From Giardia intestinalis (Eukaryota): a stretch of 64,000 nt of DNA. Each line of letters starts with the position of its first letter. Position 1 is the stretch's first letter. Position numbers and translations under genes: made by a program. The notes below the pieces were generated by a model. That model was given only the letters and a program-made list of their open reading frames with translations, made no database searches and was not told where the DNA came from. Positions 40,064 to 51,170 of this stretch are shown one piece after another. Location: NCBI GenBank assembly GCA_000002435.2, contig CM018793.1, one strand, 5' to 3'.

Positions 40064-42358
40064 TTAATTTACCACCGTTGGGGTTACAACGATGCGGTCA
40101 GCCAATAGCCGAAGACTCGCCATTAGCCGTCTGCTGTGACCAAGGTTTTCCCGAGAGACCCGTGCCTTCTTTCTGTACATCACAAGAGAAGAGTAGAGCA
40201 CCTTCAACGACTCCGCAACAATCTCGTTGGCTACAAAGAACAAGGAGGTATTTTCGATTAGAGATAAATAGTCTTGCAATGTATCACATGCAATGCTAGC
40301 GATCTCCGCGTCTGCATCAAAGGACGCTTGTTGCCTTTGCACAGCACGTATTGTACGAAATACGTACTTTAGCCGCAGAAGAGAAAAGCCCTTGCCGCCT
40401 CCCTTGTTTCTCTCATTAGTTAGCGAACCGAGAGAGTCGAAAAATAAAGACCACAATCTACGAAGAAGAGCGCCCAGTGTGTAGCTATCAATCACTTCAG
40501 GATGCTTGATAATCTCCTCTATGGAAAGCTTTCCAATCAGAATGGCCATTAGGACCGCAAATTTGTGGTGTCGAATGCCAGATGCTTTCGGTTCTGCGGC
40601 ACTGTAGTGTTCGAACTGAGCCGTCTGTCGCTGACCCACATTGAGGGCAGGGTGTGTTGAGTGTTGGATGTCTCCTAGAGCCCCATCATTGAGCATCATG
40701 AAATCTATCCCGGCGTCGTCCAGGATCAACCCCGTGGTGTTGTCGCGACCTATCAAGAAGTCAAGCCCAATCATGTCGTCGATCAACTCGTCATTATTGG
40801 CCATGTCTTCTCTAAAGCGGTCTCCCGGACCGGCAGCATTAGCATATGTAGTTCCTAGATCGACGAAAAACTTGTGCATGTCCGTTATCGGCTCGGAGGC
40901 CGTGATGTTATAGAGCTTACGTTGAACGTTAATGATTGCAGTACTGAGACGCTTCACATCCCTAGCCTCCTTGTCCCCGAGGACGTATCCATACCACCCC
41001 CCGTAGAACCGTATGTCCCCTACGCCCATGCGGGCAGCGGTGGCCAAGAGGGAGTGGATCAGGAAGTCAAATAGATAGAGCAGGCATCCTGGACAAGAGT
41101 TGTTGTAAGAGTAGATGTGCAGAGGCAGCAGGTCTTTCAGATACGCTGGAGGAACACCGTAGTGGCAACATCCCTGGGTCACCTCCAAGGATAGCACCTG
41201 TGCCTCCTGCGCAAGGCTGTTGGCACGATTGAATGTTGCACTGAAACCGTTCCAATCCACTATGTAAAGGGACCGTGAGATGGACGAAAGGATGGTGTGC
41301 ATAAGTCTCACATCCTCAACGTAAAAGCAAGGAATTTGATCTCTGTAACGGTCTGGTACGTAGGAGCGCTTGTGGAAGAACCTTTTCCTGGCCATTTCTG
41401 CGGAACTCTGGCCTGGCTTGGCTTCTCCTAATCGACTGAAGAGCTCTGTACGTCTCCTGGCTTCGGCTCCGCTTTCTCCAAACTGAACTGCAATTGCATT
41501 GATATTGGTTGCATCCATAACATCGCTCTCTGCAGCTAAAATCTCAGCTACGCGTCTTGCTAATAAGTCATAGGTTTGCGCCCCAAAGCCAATGGAGAGC
41601 GATGCAGACACGGGCAGAAGCATGTCTGGTCGCTCCAAGATGTCTATTGGTCGTGAGACAAGTGCGCCGTGAAAGACTGCCACAAATCTTATCATTGCGA
41701 TGGACGGAAGGACCAGGTAGTAAATCATATGATAGTTCACGGCGATGGTGGACGGCGCATTCCGTACGAGAAGGTTGAGTAGCCATGCGACGCACGAGAA
41801 GAGGATTGTCCAGCGTATGGCAGCACTGAGAATAAAGATCAGGGTGACCTTGATCGAGTGGCGCAGACCCGCATAGATGCCGATGTAATATGGAGACGTG
41901 AGTCGCAGGGTACCCTTTGCGTGTACTATAGAGCGAAGAAAGAGAGTGAAGAGAACCGTGACAAGTGCATATACAAGAGCGTCTGTGCTTTCGAGCCAAG
42001 TCAAGTCCACAGGTGAGAAGCGCGAGGCCAGCGTAAAGACATCACTATTGGGGCTTGTGTAGGCAACTCTCGGCTCCAGATGCAAAAGCTCGAGTGTGAA
42101 TAGAAACCCGAAAACCAGAACGAGTGGGGTGCCCAGGGAATTGTTCCGAGAGTAGTAAAGGCATGATGTGAGGAAGGGTGACAGGAAGAGGAACAAGGTG
42201 GTAACAGGCGTCCGGTCGTAGACCTGGGGCATGCAGGCGTAAAAGACCATCGAGAGAAACGTATTACAGAGGATCGTCACAAACGCGCATCGGAATGTCC
42301 ACGTCCGCATGAACGAGCGAATGCTGTCGTTGGTGCTACATATAAACGATGGCAGCAT
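40064..42358 (-). CDS. multi-pass membrane protein (764 aa): N-terminal TM bundle plus a large soluble C-terminal domain
   Basis: At least six hydrophobic spans lie in the first ~250 aa. No family assignment is possible by eye. Confidence 0.6.
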   Translation of the reverse strand: MLPSFICSTNDSIRSFMRTWTFRCAFVTILCNTFLSMVFYACMPQVYDRTPVTTLFLFLSPFLTSCLYYSRNNSLGTPLVLVFGFLFTLELLHLEPRVAYTSPNSDVFTLASRFSPVDLTWLESTDALVYALVTVLFTLFLRSIVHAKGTLRLTSPYYIGIYAGLRHSIKVTLIFILSAAIRWTILFSCVAWLLNLLVRNAPSTIAVNYHMIYYLVLPSIAMIRFVAVFHGALVSRPIDILERPDMLLPVSASLSIGFGAQTYDLLARRVAEILAAESDVMDATNINAIAVQFGESGAEARRRTELFSRLGEAKPGQSSAEMARKRFFHKRSYVPDRYRDQIPCFYVEDVRLMHTILSSISRSLYIVDWNGFSATFNRANSLAQEAQVLSLEVTQGCCHYGVPPAYLKDLLPLHIYSYNNSCPGCLLYLFDFLIHSLLATAARMGVGDIRFYGGWYGYVLGDKEARDVKRLSTAIINVQRKLYNITASEPITDMHKFFVDLGTTYANAAGPGDRFREDMANNDELIDDMIGLDFLIGRDNTTGLILDDAGIDFMMLNDGALGDIQHSTHPALNVGQRQTAQFEHYSAAEPKASGIRHHKFAVLMAILIGKLSIEEIIKHPEVIDSYTLGALLRRLWSLFFDSLGSLTNERNKGGGKGFSLLRLKYVFRTIRAVQRQQASFDADAEIASIACDTLQDYLSLIENTSLFFVANEIVAESLKVLYSSLVMYRKKARVSRENLGHSRRLMASLRLLADRIVVTPTVVN

Positions 42359-42612
42359 TAGGGGCCCAACGACGCCGACTCAGCAAAATTTACTGACTGA
42401 AATCAAAACTGATAAACCAAGCCCCGCACCAACCAAGAAGGGGGACACCGGGCTATCCAGAAGCATTGCCAGGCGCACAGAAAAGGATATGCACAAAGGA
42501 ATTTTCTTTGCTCAATAGGAAGAGACGCGTTGCTTCGTGCTGACAGGCTTATAAAGCAGCTGACGCGTTCCTCGTGTCTTACACAGAAACCTCTGTCTCT
42601 CTGCCGGATCAC

Positions 42613-43476
42613 TCATTGAATACTGCTCCCTTTCAATGAAGCCCCTGGGATCTGAGCAAACTCAGGCCAATACCCCCGATCCAAAGCGCAGAGAACGCAG
42701 ATTGGAAGATCGGCTGGTCCAAGAGAAGAGGGGATTCTAGATGGAGGTTGGTTCACAGGACCAAGCGGACTCAGGGATCGCAGAGTCTTTTGTATAGTTG
42801 TGGAGGTAATTGTCGGTATCCTGCTCACCGTGCGCCTTTCTTTTTCCAGAGGTGGAAGTGCTTGCCACCTGTGAGAGGATAAAGCGTGAAACTCAGCTGT
42901 TAGATTCGGAAATAAAACGGGTGCTGCAGGAGTAATGGATGGCCTACGGGAGGCATTGAAACTTTGCTGTGTACTCCTGTTCGTCATCGTGCAAGGCTGA
43001 GAAGAACGACAGAGTAGGGTAGGGTACGTTGTAATCAGCTCTGCCTCCATCGAGCCGGTGCGCTCATGATGGATAAAGTCTCTTTGTAAACACTGCCCAG
43101 AGGTATCCTCATGTGGTGCTTGTGGTCCTGCATTCATGGTAACTAACTTCGAGGATGTGCTCCGGCCAAATGTTTTGAAATTGCTGGGATCAACTCTAGA
43201 ATAGCCTAAGACTTCTTCTATGCAGGCGATGGACTTTCCAAAGAGCTCCTCAGAGGCAGGATCCTCAAGAGAAAGGATCCGTTCAGAAAGGTCTGGCCGG
43301 GCAAGAAGCTCGGATGCCGCTTCCGTGAGCATGAGCTTTTTTCTCTGCTTGGATGCGATTTTGGGATCGACATGGCGGAATACAAGTCTCGCGTCGTCAT
43401 GGCTCTTAGAGATATCGGAGATCAAGTCTGTAGAGAAGGATACCTTCGTATCTGGTTTGCTATTCAACGGGCCCAC
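42613..43476 (-). CDS. hypothetical protein. The annotated start is GTG. The gene either starts at Met49 (43332) or continues the upstream ORF.
   Basis: The first in-frame ATG follows cagagaaaaaagctc. See the finding on the 43476/43482 junction. Confidence 0.4.
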   Translation of the reverse strand: MGPLNSKPDTKVSFSTDLISDISKSHDDARLVFRHVDPKIASKQRKKLMLTEAASELLARPDLSERILSLEDPASEELFGKSIACIEEVLGYSRVDPSNFKTFGRSTSSKLVTMNAGPQAPHEDTSGQCLQRDFIHHERTGSMEAELITTYPTLLCRSSQPCTMTNRSTQQSFNASRRPSITPAAPVLFPNLTAEFHALSSHRWQALPPLEKERRTVSRIPTITSTTIQKTLRSLSPLGPVNQPPSRIPSSLGPADLPICVLCALDRGYWPEFAQIPGASLKGSSIQ

Positions 43477-43481
43477 TGCTT

Positions 43482-44150
43482 TTATATTTGTGGCAAATCA
43501 TCTGATGTATCTGTGTATGTAGCGAGGGTGGCACTGAGAACGGTAGAAAGTTTACGAAGACTATACAATTTGCTGACCGTCCTTCCCCTCAAGCACTGAT
43601 GTGAAAGCTCTGCCGATCTAACGGGCCGTCCGTGAAGCAGCGGTCCTAGAATGATGGCCCTGTTGATCCCCTGGACAGCAGCAGCGCGGGCCAACGGGGA
43701 CTCTTCTACTTGGCTTATGCTGGGCACCTCTGCTGGGCACAGGCTGCCATTGAGTGGCATGGGTGAGACGGCCAGCCCGATACTGACAGCCTGCTCACTG
43801 GGTTGCATATCGTGATCAAGTATGCGTATGACAGCAGACTCATTGGAGTCAGCAGACCCCCTCTCTACGGGAGTACATCCTATGTCGATAGTCTCACCGG
43901 CGGAACTACCTCTCAAGTGTATATTCTCAGCGGCTTTGGCAGCAATTTCAATAGTAGGAGCTGTGGCAGAACGCGATGTGTGCCTCTTGTCTTCAATCGC
44001 TTTGGAAGTCATAGCAGGTACTGGTTCCCATAATGCTGTGTCGAGGGGAGTGAGCTGGATGCAGCTTTCTTCCTCAATAGTAACTAGGCGTGGCTCCTGT
44101 GCTTGTGGAATGCCTACGAGAGGGGATAGCAAGGGTCTTTTAGTCCTCAT
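43482..44150 (-). CDS. hypothetical protein (222 aa)
   Basis: The ATG is separated by the 7-nt spacer AAAATAA from the divergent gene at 44158. No AGTRAAY follows its stop. Confidence 0.45.
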   Translation of the reverse strand: MRTKRPLLSPLVGIPQAQEPRLVTIEEESCIQLTPLDTALWEPVPAMTSKAIEDKRHTSRSATAPTIEIAAKAAENIHLRGSSAGETIDIGCTPVERGSADSNESAVIRILDHDMQPSEQAVSIGLAVSPMPLNGSLCPAEVPSISQVEESPLARAAAVQGINRAIILGPLLHGRPVRSAELSHQCLRGRTVSKLYSLRKLSTVLSATLATYTDTSDDLPQI

Positions 44151-44157
44151 AAAATAA

Positions 44158-45312
44158 ATGGGCGAAACGGATATTTTGCCATCACGGCAGGCTTCCCCAA
44201 GGGCGAGTGCAGAAGCCTCTGCGCAGCTCTATAAGCCGTGGGAGTACTTGAAACGCGCACAGGCCCTCCAGCCGAACCTACAAGAGACCAGCCCGTGTCA
44301 GCGAGGGCCTTACAATCTAGCCTCCGAGGATCCCGGAGACAGAATACCCCTGTCTAAACATGATCGGCTAGTGACAAGCCCGCAGAAAATCGATGATGCA
44401 GACGGGGTCGCGCTTCCGGTTCTCCGTCAACCGCCTTCCGTCAAGGAAGGTGTGGCTGGGCGGTCTAAGAAGCGATCTTCCAGCTTGGCTACAGTACGGG
44501 CTACAGCCGGAACTGCCGACTACTCCTCAGCAGAGCCTCGCAGCGGTAAGCGTGCGCCTTACCAGAACCTAAACCCCATTCGGTATCGACTTTTCCTTGA
44601 CCAACTATCGTTCCGCAAGAAGACGAACAGTGTTCCAGAGCCCAGCCTGCTCTTGTCTCCACTCGAAACCAGCCTTCTCTCCAACGACAAGCAAAGACTC
44701 CCCGCCGCAAAGCCATGGATTGGATTCCGCTACAACCTGAAACGATCGGATCCGGTAGTCTTCTCCCCTGTTCTCGTCACTAACAGTGATTTATTGGATT
44801 ATGACGGCGCCCCTAGCCTGGCAGACTCACATCGATATAAGATGTTCACTCAGAGCGGGAGCAAATCCATGACAGTCAGCGCTCCGGTCCTGCAGACGAC
44901 TCCCTTAAACTCCTCAACTATCCTTTCTAAGGCTGATGAGTCTCTTCTCTGTGGCTATAACACCATTAGTGCATGCAAGAAAATGCTTGCGCGGTCATTT
45001 TCCAAGCGATCCTCCAGTACAGTCACCCACCGAAGCCTGTCTACCGGTCTAGCAGACGCAGAACAGACCAAGAGTACGACCAACAGCCCGTACGACTCAA
45101 TTTTGCTGGAATTTGCAGACGATGTTGTTCCATTTGCTGAATCATCCAATCACACTCCTCACCAACGGGCCCTAATCAAGGCTCAAGAGCAGCGAATACA
45201 ACACCTAGTAGATACGCAGCCCGATGTGCTAGCAGAGGCCGAGCCCCCCTCCTTTGCCAGCTACTACGTGCGATCAAGAAGGGGGTCCACGGGGATCAAC
45301 AGCGTAAGTTAG
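44158..45312 (+). CDS. hypothetical Ser/Pro-rich protein (384 aa)
   Basis: The start is aaaataaATG. The ORF is long with host-like composition. Confidence 0.5.
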   Translation: MGETDILPSRQASPRASAEASAQLYKPWEYLKRAQALQPNLQETSPCQRGPYNLASEDPGDRIPLSKHDRLVTSPQKIDDADGVALPVLRQPPSVKEGVAGRSKKRSSSLATVRATAGTADYSSAEPRSGKRAPYQNLNPIRYRLFLDQLSFRKKTNSVPEPSLLLSPLETSLLSNDKQRLPAAKPWIGFRYNLKRSDPVVFSPVLVTNSDLLDYDGAPSLADSHRYKMFTQSGSKSMTVSAPVLQTTPLNSSTILSKADESLLCGYNTISACKKMLARSFSKRSSSTVTHRSLSTGLADAEQTKSTTNSPYDSILLEFADDVVPFAESSNHTPHQRALIKAQEQRIQHLVDTQPDVLAEAEPPSFASYYVRSRRGSTGINSVS

Positions 45313-45449
45313 CGCAATTGCCGGCCCATGGAGTCAGCAGCCCTCTCGGTAAATTATTTTCCTCGTGTTTAGGCTTTACTACTAATCATCACATTTGACC
45401 TACACCTTTGATAGGGTTTAAAACATATTCTTTTGTTTGACAATCATAA

Positions 45450-48400
45450 ATGTCGGGCACTCGTCTTCGGACCGCACCGTCGTACACCCCTGAAGATTTG
45501 GCGAGCGTGATTGCCGGGACCGCCAGTGACGCTGTGATCAAGGCGGTCCTGAACACGGCCGTTGCCAAGCGAGAGCTAGATGTCCTCGAGAGGCTCCGCG
45601 CTGAGGGCCCATTCAGCATCCAGCGCTGCGCAGAGCGCCGTCTGAAGGTTCCGGCCATTGCCAAGCTGATCAGGAACTCGGGCGCGGCTCCTCCTCCCTC
45701 TCTGCCATCGTTCGATTCCTTCACCGGTAACTTTAATCCTTCTATCTTCAAGAGAGCCGTCAAGTCGTTTTACAGGCAGACCCGCCAGCTTCCGTGTGAG
45801 GCGCTTTACAGCGTGTACTTCATCCAGGGCAGCTTTGCCGTTTTCCCCCGTTGCTTTGAGGCGGGCTTCCAGGCCTTTATGCTCAATAAGCTGAGCCTTG
45901 CTTTAGATGACTACAGGGCGAAGTTCACCCTTGACGAGACCCAGACAGCCGAGTCGTCAGATGCGTTGGTGAGGCTCAGAAACATCTGTGCCTACTACGA
46001 GAAGCTGTACTCTCTGGAAGGTATTCGCATCTACTGCTCAGCCCCATCTCAAGGCGTTCCCCTGTCAAGGGAGCAGAGGAAGGCTTGTTCTAGACAGGAA
46101 TTCGCCAACTTCAAAGACCCCCTGGCGGTCAGACAATGCAAGTATCCCCACGAGCTTATCCTGGAGAAGCTTCCCACCAAGGCATTTCTGACGATTCTTT
46201 CGGGATCCTCTTATCCGTCGATTCCCTTCGTTAAGCAGGCAGCCTCGATGAACCCCGTGAAGACTCTTCTGCTGCTCGGCGTCTTGAGCGAGCCCAACGG
46301 CACCGAGGCCCCACGGGTCAACTTCTCCATCTTCGACATGCGCCTCCGCGATGACCTTGTTGTCTATGCGGCCAACGATAGAGGCTTCAAGCTGGCCTAT
46401 TCGTATCACAACCTGACACACTGGTGGATAAACACTTATCTGATTGAGCTTCTGGACACGGGGTTGATGAAGAATCTCGTCAACTCGGGCTACTTCGACC
46501 TCGAAACTGTCTTTGTGCTTACCTTTATGAAGCATCGGGACCCCACTGAAATAGGGCCATCTCTCGACCTCCTTACCTCGTACTTTGCGAAAGTATCACA
46601 GGGGCTCATTCCATTCTTTTCTGGTGACATGATCGAGGTGGATCGGACTCTCCGGGGAGGGGAAAAGGCGGACCCCCATCACGTGCTCGATAAGATGGTC
46701 TCCTCAACCGCGAAGCTGCTTCTCATTTTCCTGGAGTATATGGTCTGCTGGACGCTCGGGATCGGCCGGAAACAGCTTCTTTCGGAGCAAGACCTTGCAG
46801 CTCTGAAGCCGGAGGAGGTTTACACGTGTGTCTCGACCAGTACCATTCTGTCGGCCTTCATGGCGAAGACAAAGAGCTTAGCAAGCGCGCAGTCTGCGTT
46901 CACACTCTACATCCTTGCCCACCAAGTAGCGGTGCTTCACAAGGCCCAGGGAATGGACTGCCCGAAGATCATTTCTAATCTGTCTCTCCAGCAGTACATA
47001 GAGAAGTCGCACCTCCTGACAAACAAGGATGCGCATATCCGCTCTTCTGTTCTTGTCTCTCTCTGCAGACACTGTGAAGCCTTTGCGTCCATGGCCCGCA
47101 TCACGGCTTCGTGCAAGCAGCTACACAAGGTCTTCCTGGACGAGGCTCACGAGACAGCCACATACATCAGGTCCATTGTCGACAAGTTCCTAAAGGACAA
47201 GGAAGCCTTGAGCAACGCTTCCAACTATCTTAACTCGAGATTTGATTCTGATGAGGCCGTTTATAACCTTTTCTATGTTGCGCGGCTCCACGACGTGCTG
47301 TTCCGACTCTGCCCTGAGAAGGCGTCGACTGAGTTTTTCACGAGAGCCTTGAGGGTCTACTTGCGGTTCTCAGGGGATGGTTCGATCAGCATCTCTGATA
47401 GTTACTCTGTCCTCTGTAAAATCTCTACCAGATGGCAGGAAAAGCTTCAGGGAACAATGGATCCCAGCTACAAGTATACTCCGACGCACTACCCGAGCGG
47501 CTGTCTTGTGTCAGTAGAGTATCCGCACCACGTTGACCAGCTGACCTACGACACCTTGTCCAGTGAGATACGGAGTGCCTTGTCGTGTGAAGATCTTTCC
47601 TTGCTCTCCCCTGTGGACATGTCTCGCTACATTGCCCCACGGATTGAGCCGTCCGCCTTCTACGTCGGTCCTGGGTACATGTACAGACGGCACCATCCTG
47701 TCGTTGCAGTCCCACTCCTGTCAGCCTCTTCGGCAGACTCAGTCCTGCTTTCGGTTCCTCTTCGCGTGGCGCCTCGTGACCCGACAAAGAAGGCCGCTAC
47801 GCCATCCCTCAGCGAGAAGACAGAAAAGATTCTCCAGGGCTTGTCCTATTTGCTATTCCGGGACAGGTTTGCCGGCCTGAAGAAGAGCCTGCAACATCTC
47901 GTTCTCCACAAAGACGTCTTGGCTCCTGCCGTGAACGGAGGGGCGCCAGTTGCCGAGAGACTCTTCCAGTATGTGCAGTCTCTTCACAGTTATGTCACGC
48001 GCCTTCTGGGAACTCTGGCTAGAGTTCCAATCTACGACAAGAGCATGCTTATTTGTCACAACAAGGATTTGACAGAGGAACAGGCGCTTTCCCTCGCTAC
48101 AAGAGCCTCCGCGATTGTCCTGAATTATTCCAACAGAAACCTCAAGGACCTGCAGAGTGTTCTTGAAAAGTACATCTCAGTCTTCTTTGAGACTACCCTC
48201 TCCATTAAGAGCGTCAGCGAGCACATCGTGAAGCCAATTTCACTTTTGATTCCGTCGAATGACATGAAGGTATCGCTGCAGCGTAAGCACAATCAACTTC
48301 TTAGGGCGCAGGACCCGTACTTCGCCTCTCCTCCGACAAATGTCCAGATCAGGTTCGACTTCAAGGGCACAGAGGAGTACTACAAAACTCTGATGAGCCT

Positions 48401-51164
48401 CCCCATCATTTCTAAGAACTTGAGGTCTCAGATGAGCACAGACACGGTCACTGCCGTCATCCAGTTTTCCTTGGTTCAGCTTCTTACGGACGACCTCCTC
48501 CCGGTCACCAAGGGAGTCTTCGCTAATTCCTTCAGAGAGAATTTGCTTTTGTACCTGAACTACACAACCCTCTACACAACCCAGAAGAGGCTTGCTGACG
48601 TCATATCTCGCGGGTACGGCACGTTCTTCAGCAACGTCCATGCACACAAGCAGTATGAGAAGGCCTGGAGCTCCCTCGTCAAGAACGTGAGTATAAAGCT
48701 TGACGACTTTGTGAAGGTCCGCGAAGCTATGATTAGCCACAACCACAGGGACTACGTAGAGAACATCTGCAAAGTGCGTACATCCAAGACTTTCATGGGC
48801 GATTGTGAGCATATCTTCTACAAAGCGCTCTGCTTGATGATCGACGACAGAAATCTGAAAGTGGTTGACCAGCTGTCCGACGAGGCTAGGAAATACTTGC
48901 ATCCGTTCGACCCCGACCAGCCCCAGGCACAGCGCGCCTTCGACACAGAAGGATTCAATAGGCTATTTGGGTGGATGATCCTCCTGTGTGAGTGCATCAT
49001 CAGCTATAGCGTTCTCGAGGAGGACGTCCTGGACTCCCCTGACCTTGGCTTCCTTTGTACAAAGCTGGACGACATAGAGAAGATCTTGGGTGCAGCCGGG
49101 CTGCTTTGCAAGGAAAAGGCTTGCACTTTGAACATCGGGGCGTTCATGACTTCTCTCAGGAGCATCTCTACAGGCAGTGGCCTCGCGGTTGCGCACCGGT
49201 CCCTCCTGATCATGCTGTCTACCTCGGTTGTGGTGACTGCCCACCTGGCGCCTGTCCCAGCCGAAAGGTCCAACGTCGATCTTAAGCCTCTGCAGCCCAG
49301 CTTCGTCAAATATGTGAAGGAGCACATCAGGGTGTACATGAGACACGCTTGCCCTGCCCCGGTTCCAATGAAGATGGCGCGGACGGGCATGGCGGCCAGA
49401 GCCTGTGCAGTAGATTCAGCCCAGCCTATGATGCTCTGCGCTGCATCGAATCGTGTTGTCCCAGAACGAGAGACGAAGCGCAAGAAGCTCGTTCGTGGCG
49501 GACGAGGAAATCAGCGTGTCTTTAAGCATGTGGACTATCTGGTTTCGATCATGGCTCGCTTTTATCGTGCCGCCAGCATGAAGCTAGCGATCACTGCGGG
49601 TGTTCTGCTCATTTCCAGCAACACAAATGCCTTTGTCTCCCCGCTGATCTCGATTTTACAGGCATCCGTTTTGAATGAGTCGGATGTCACCTCCGTGATC
49701 GAGTCGTTGGAGGCCATCACGGCCAAGTCCTTCTCCGTGGCATCTATGTCTATGATCGTCAAGATCATCACGCTCCCCGTTCTCCTGCAGCACCCGCGGG
49801 CTCCGGAGTTCTTGTTCAAGAAGGTCGTCTTCTCCCACTTCGACGTCGACCTTCTGCTTATCCGGTGCTGCATCATGCAGTTTAATACCGACCGCGCCAT
49901 GGAGGTCATCGAGCACTACATAGATAGGATCTCCAAGGGCTACCATAATGCGTGTGCAAATCCTGGCAAAGATGATGGAATTGTGGAGTCGCTCAAGATT
50001 GGAGCAACGGACAATATCACAGAGATCCCGCAGGATGATGACCTCGTTGCGTTGCCGAAGAACGTCGAGACCGCCCTGCGCTATATGGCCATTATTCCTA
50101 CCATGCTGAACCCGGAGATCCGTCCCCGTGGCTTCAGCGGGGACATCCTTCCCAAGAGCGACCAGGAGAAGTATCCCCTCATCGTCACCAAGGAGTCGAA
50201 GCGTGACGCCTTCATTGAGCCCGAGCGGATCCTCCGCCTCGTTCAGCTCACTGAGTTCTTGATAGATCTGCCCAATCCATTTAAGACGGGCCAAGTCGCC
50301 GAAATCAAGATGGCGTGGTTCGTCAACGCTGTTACACACGGCTACTTTAAGAAGTCTGTCATGGACACGGCGTTCACGTTTCTGGACAATTGCAACGGTA
50401 AGAGCCTGAAGTACCTGATACCAGGAGCATCCGAGGCGGAGCTCCGCTACCTCCATGAGAACATATCGGCGATCTCTGAAGCGAGTGTCCTCTGCGTCGC
50501 AAGCCTTGTTAGGGCTGGCGAGAAAGAAAAGGAGGACTTCGCCGCCGACAGGTTCATCAACAACATGAAGTTCATCGTCAGCACGGCCACCTCAGAACCG
50601 GATTACCGCGTAGACTCGTGCATCTTCACCTACTTCGATCTTGCTCGGGAACTGGTTCAGCGCCAGCAGGATGCCCACGGGTATTGCTGCGACGCGTGCG
50701 GCGGCGATCGCGTGCCGCATACAGAGTGCACGCTCTACAAGGACATGTGCTTTATGGTCCGACTGATTGAGTGGGCTGCTGAATACAGGACCTCGTTGCC
50801 GGACTTTGTTAAGTTCCGGACTCTCTACAAGAGTCTTCCCATAGACGAGATTGACGCGATGGGCTCGTTCGCCCTCGCGATCGTCAAGAACCACGAGGCC
50901 CCGGGTGAGTCTTCCTGCCTTAATGCCGTAAGCGCTGAATTGGCCAAGTTCGCGACCGCGGCCATCGCCATGGGCGTAAACATTCGTGTGGATAGGTCGT
51001 ACGTGAGTGTCTACACGCCTGTCGTCTATTCCGATGCACCTCTATTCACTCGCGGGATCTTTGCCAAAACCTTCAACCTGCATGACGCTATGAGTGACAT
51101 CTTAGCTCAAATGACTCTTGAGGAGAGGAGCAAGCTGTTTGCATACCTCTGTTACTGTTTGTAG
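45450..51164 (+). CDS. very large hypothetical protein (1904 aa), probably helical-repeat
   Basis: Uninterrupted 5.7-kb ORF. The start is caatcataaATG. The stop lies in TAGTGAAT. Confidence 0.7.
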   Translation: MSGTRLRTAPSYTPEDLASVIAGTASDAVIKAVLNTAVAKRELDVLERLRAEGPFSIQRCAERRLKVPAIAKLIRNSGAAPPPSLPSFDSFTGNFNPSIFKRAVKSFYRQTRQLPCEALYSVYFIQGSFAVFPRCFEAGFQAFMLNKLSLALDDYRAKFTLDETQTAESSDALVRLRNICAYYEKLYSLEGIRIYCSAPSQGVPLSREQRKACSRQEFANFKDPLAVRQCKYPHELILEKLPTKAFLTILSGSSYPSIPFVKQAASMNPVKTLLLLGVLSEPNGTEAPRVNFSIFDMRLRDDLVVYAANDRGFKLAYSYHNLTHWWINTYLIELLDTGLMKNLVNSGYFDLETVFVLTFMKHRDPTEIGPSLDLLTSYFAKVSQGLIPFFSGDMIEVDRTLRGGEKADPHHVLDKMVSSTAKLLLIFLEYMVCWTLGIGRKQLLSEQDLAALKPEEVYTCVSTSTILSAFMAKTKSLASAQSAFTLYILAHQVAVLHKAQGMDCPKIISNLSLQQYIEKSHLLTNKDAHIRSSVLVSLCRHCEAFASMARITASCKQLHKVFLDEAHETATYIRSIVDKFLKDKEALSNASNYLNSRFDSDEAVYNLFYVARLHDVLFRLCPEKASTEFFTRALRVYLRFSGDGSISISDSYSVLCKISTRWQEKLQGTMDPSYKYTPTHYPSGCLVSVEYPHHVDQLTYDTLSSEIRSALSCEDLSLLSPVDMSRYIAPRIEPSAFYVGPGYMYRRHHPVVAVPLLSASSADSVLLSVPLRVAPRDPTKKAATPSLSEKTEKILQGLSYLLFRDRFAGLKKSLQHLVLHKDVLAPAVNGGAPVAERLFQYVQSLHSYVTRLLGTLARVPIYDKSMLICHNKDLTEEQALSLATRASAIVLNYSNRNLKDLQSVLEKYISVFFETTLSIKSVSEHIVKPISLLIPSNDMKVSLQRKHNQLLRAQDPYFASPPTNVQIRFDFKGTEEYYKTLMSLPIISKNLRSQMSTDTVTAVIQFSLVQLLTDDLLPVTKGVFANSFRENLLLYLNYTTLYTTQKRLADVISRGYGTFFSNVHAHKQYEKAWSSLVKNVSIKLDDFVKVREAMISHNHRDYVENICKVRTSKTFMGDCEHIFYKALCLMIDDRNLKVVDQLSDEARKYLHPFDPDQPQAQRAFDTEGFNRLFGWMILLCECIISYSVLEEDVLDSPDLGFLCTKLDDIEKILGAAGLLCKEKACTLNIGAFMTSLRSISTGSGLAVAHRSLLIMLSTSVVVTAHLAPVPAERSNVDLKPLQPSFVKYVKEHIRVYMRHACPAPVPMKMARTGMAARACAVDSAQPMMLCAASNRVVPERETKRKKLVRGGRGNQRVFKHVDYLVSIMARFYRAASMKLAITAGVLLISSNTNAFVSPLISILQASVLNESDVTSVIESLEAITAKSFSVASMSMIVKIITLPVLLQHPRAPEFLFKKVVFSHFDVDLLLIRCCIMQFNTDRAMEVIEHYIDRISKGYHNACANPGKDDGIVESLKIGATDNITEIPQDDDLVALPKNVETALRYMAIIPTMLNPEIRPRGFSGDILPKSDQEKYPLIVTKESKRDAFIEPERILRLVQLTEFLIDLPNPFKTGQVAEIKMAWFVNAVTHGYFKKSVMDTAFTFLDNCNGKSLKYLIPGASEAELRYLHENISAISEASVLCVASLVRAGEKEKEDFAADRFINNMKFIVSTATSEPDYRVDSCIFTYFDLARELVQRQQDAHGYCCDACGGDRVPHTECTLYKDMCFMVRLIEWAAEYRTSLPDFVKFRTLYKSLPIDEIDAMGSFALAIVKNHEAPGESSCLNAVSAELAKFATAAIAMGVNIRVDRSYVSVYTPVVYSDAPLFTRGIFAKTFNLHDAMSDILAQMTLEERSKLFAYLCYCL

Positions 51165-51170
51165 TGAATC

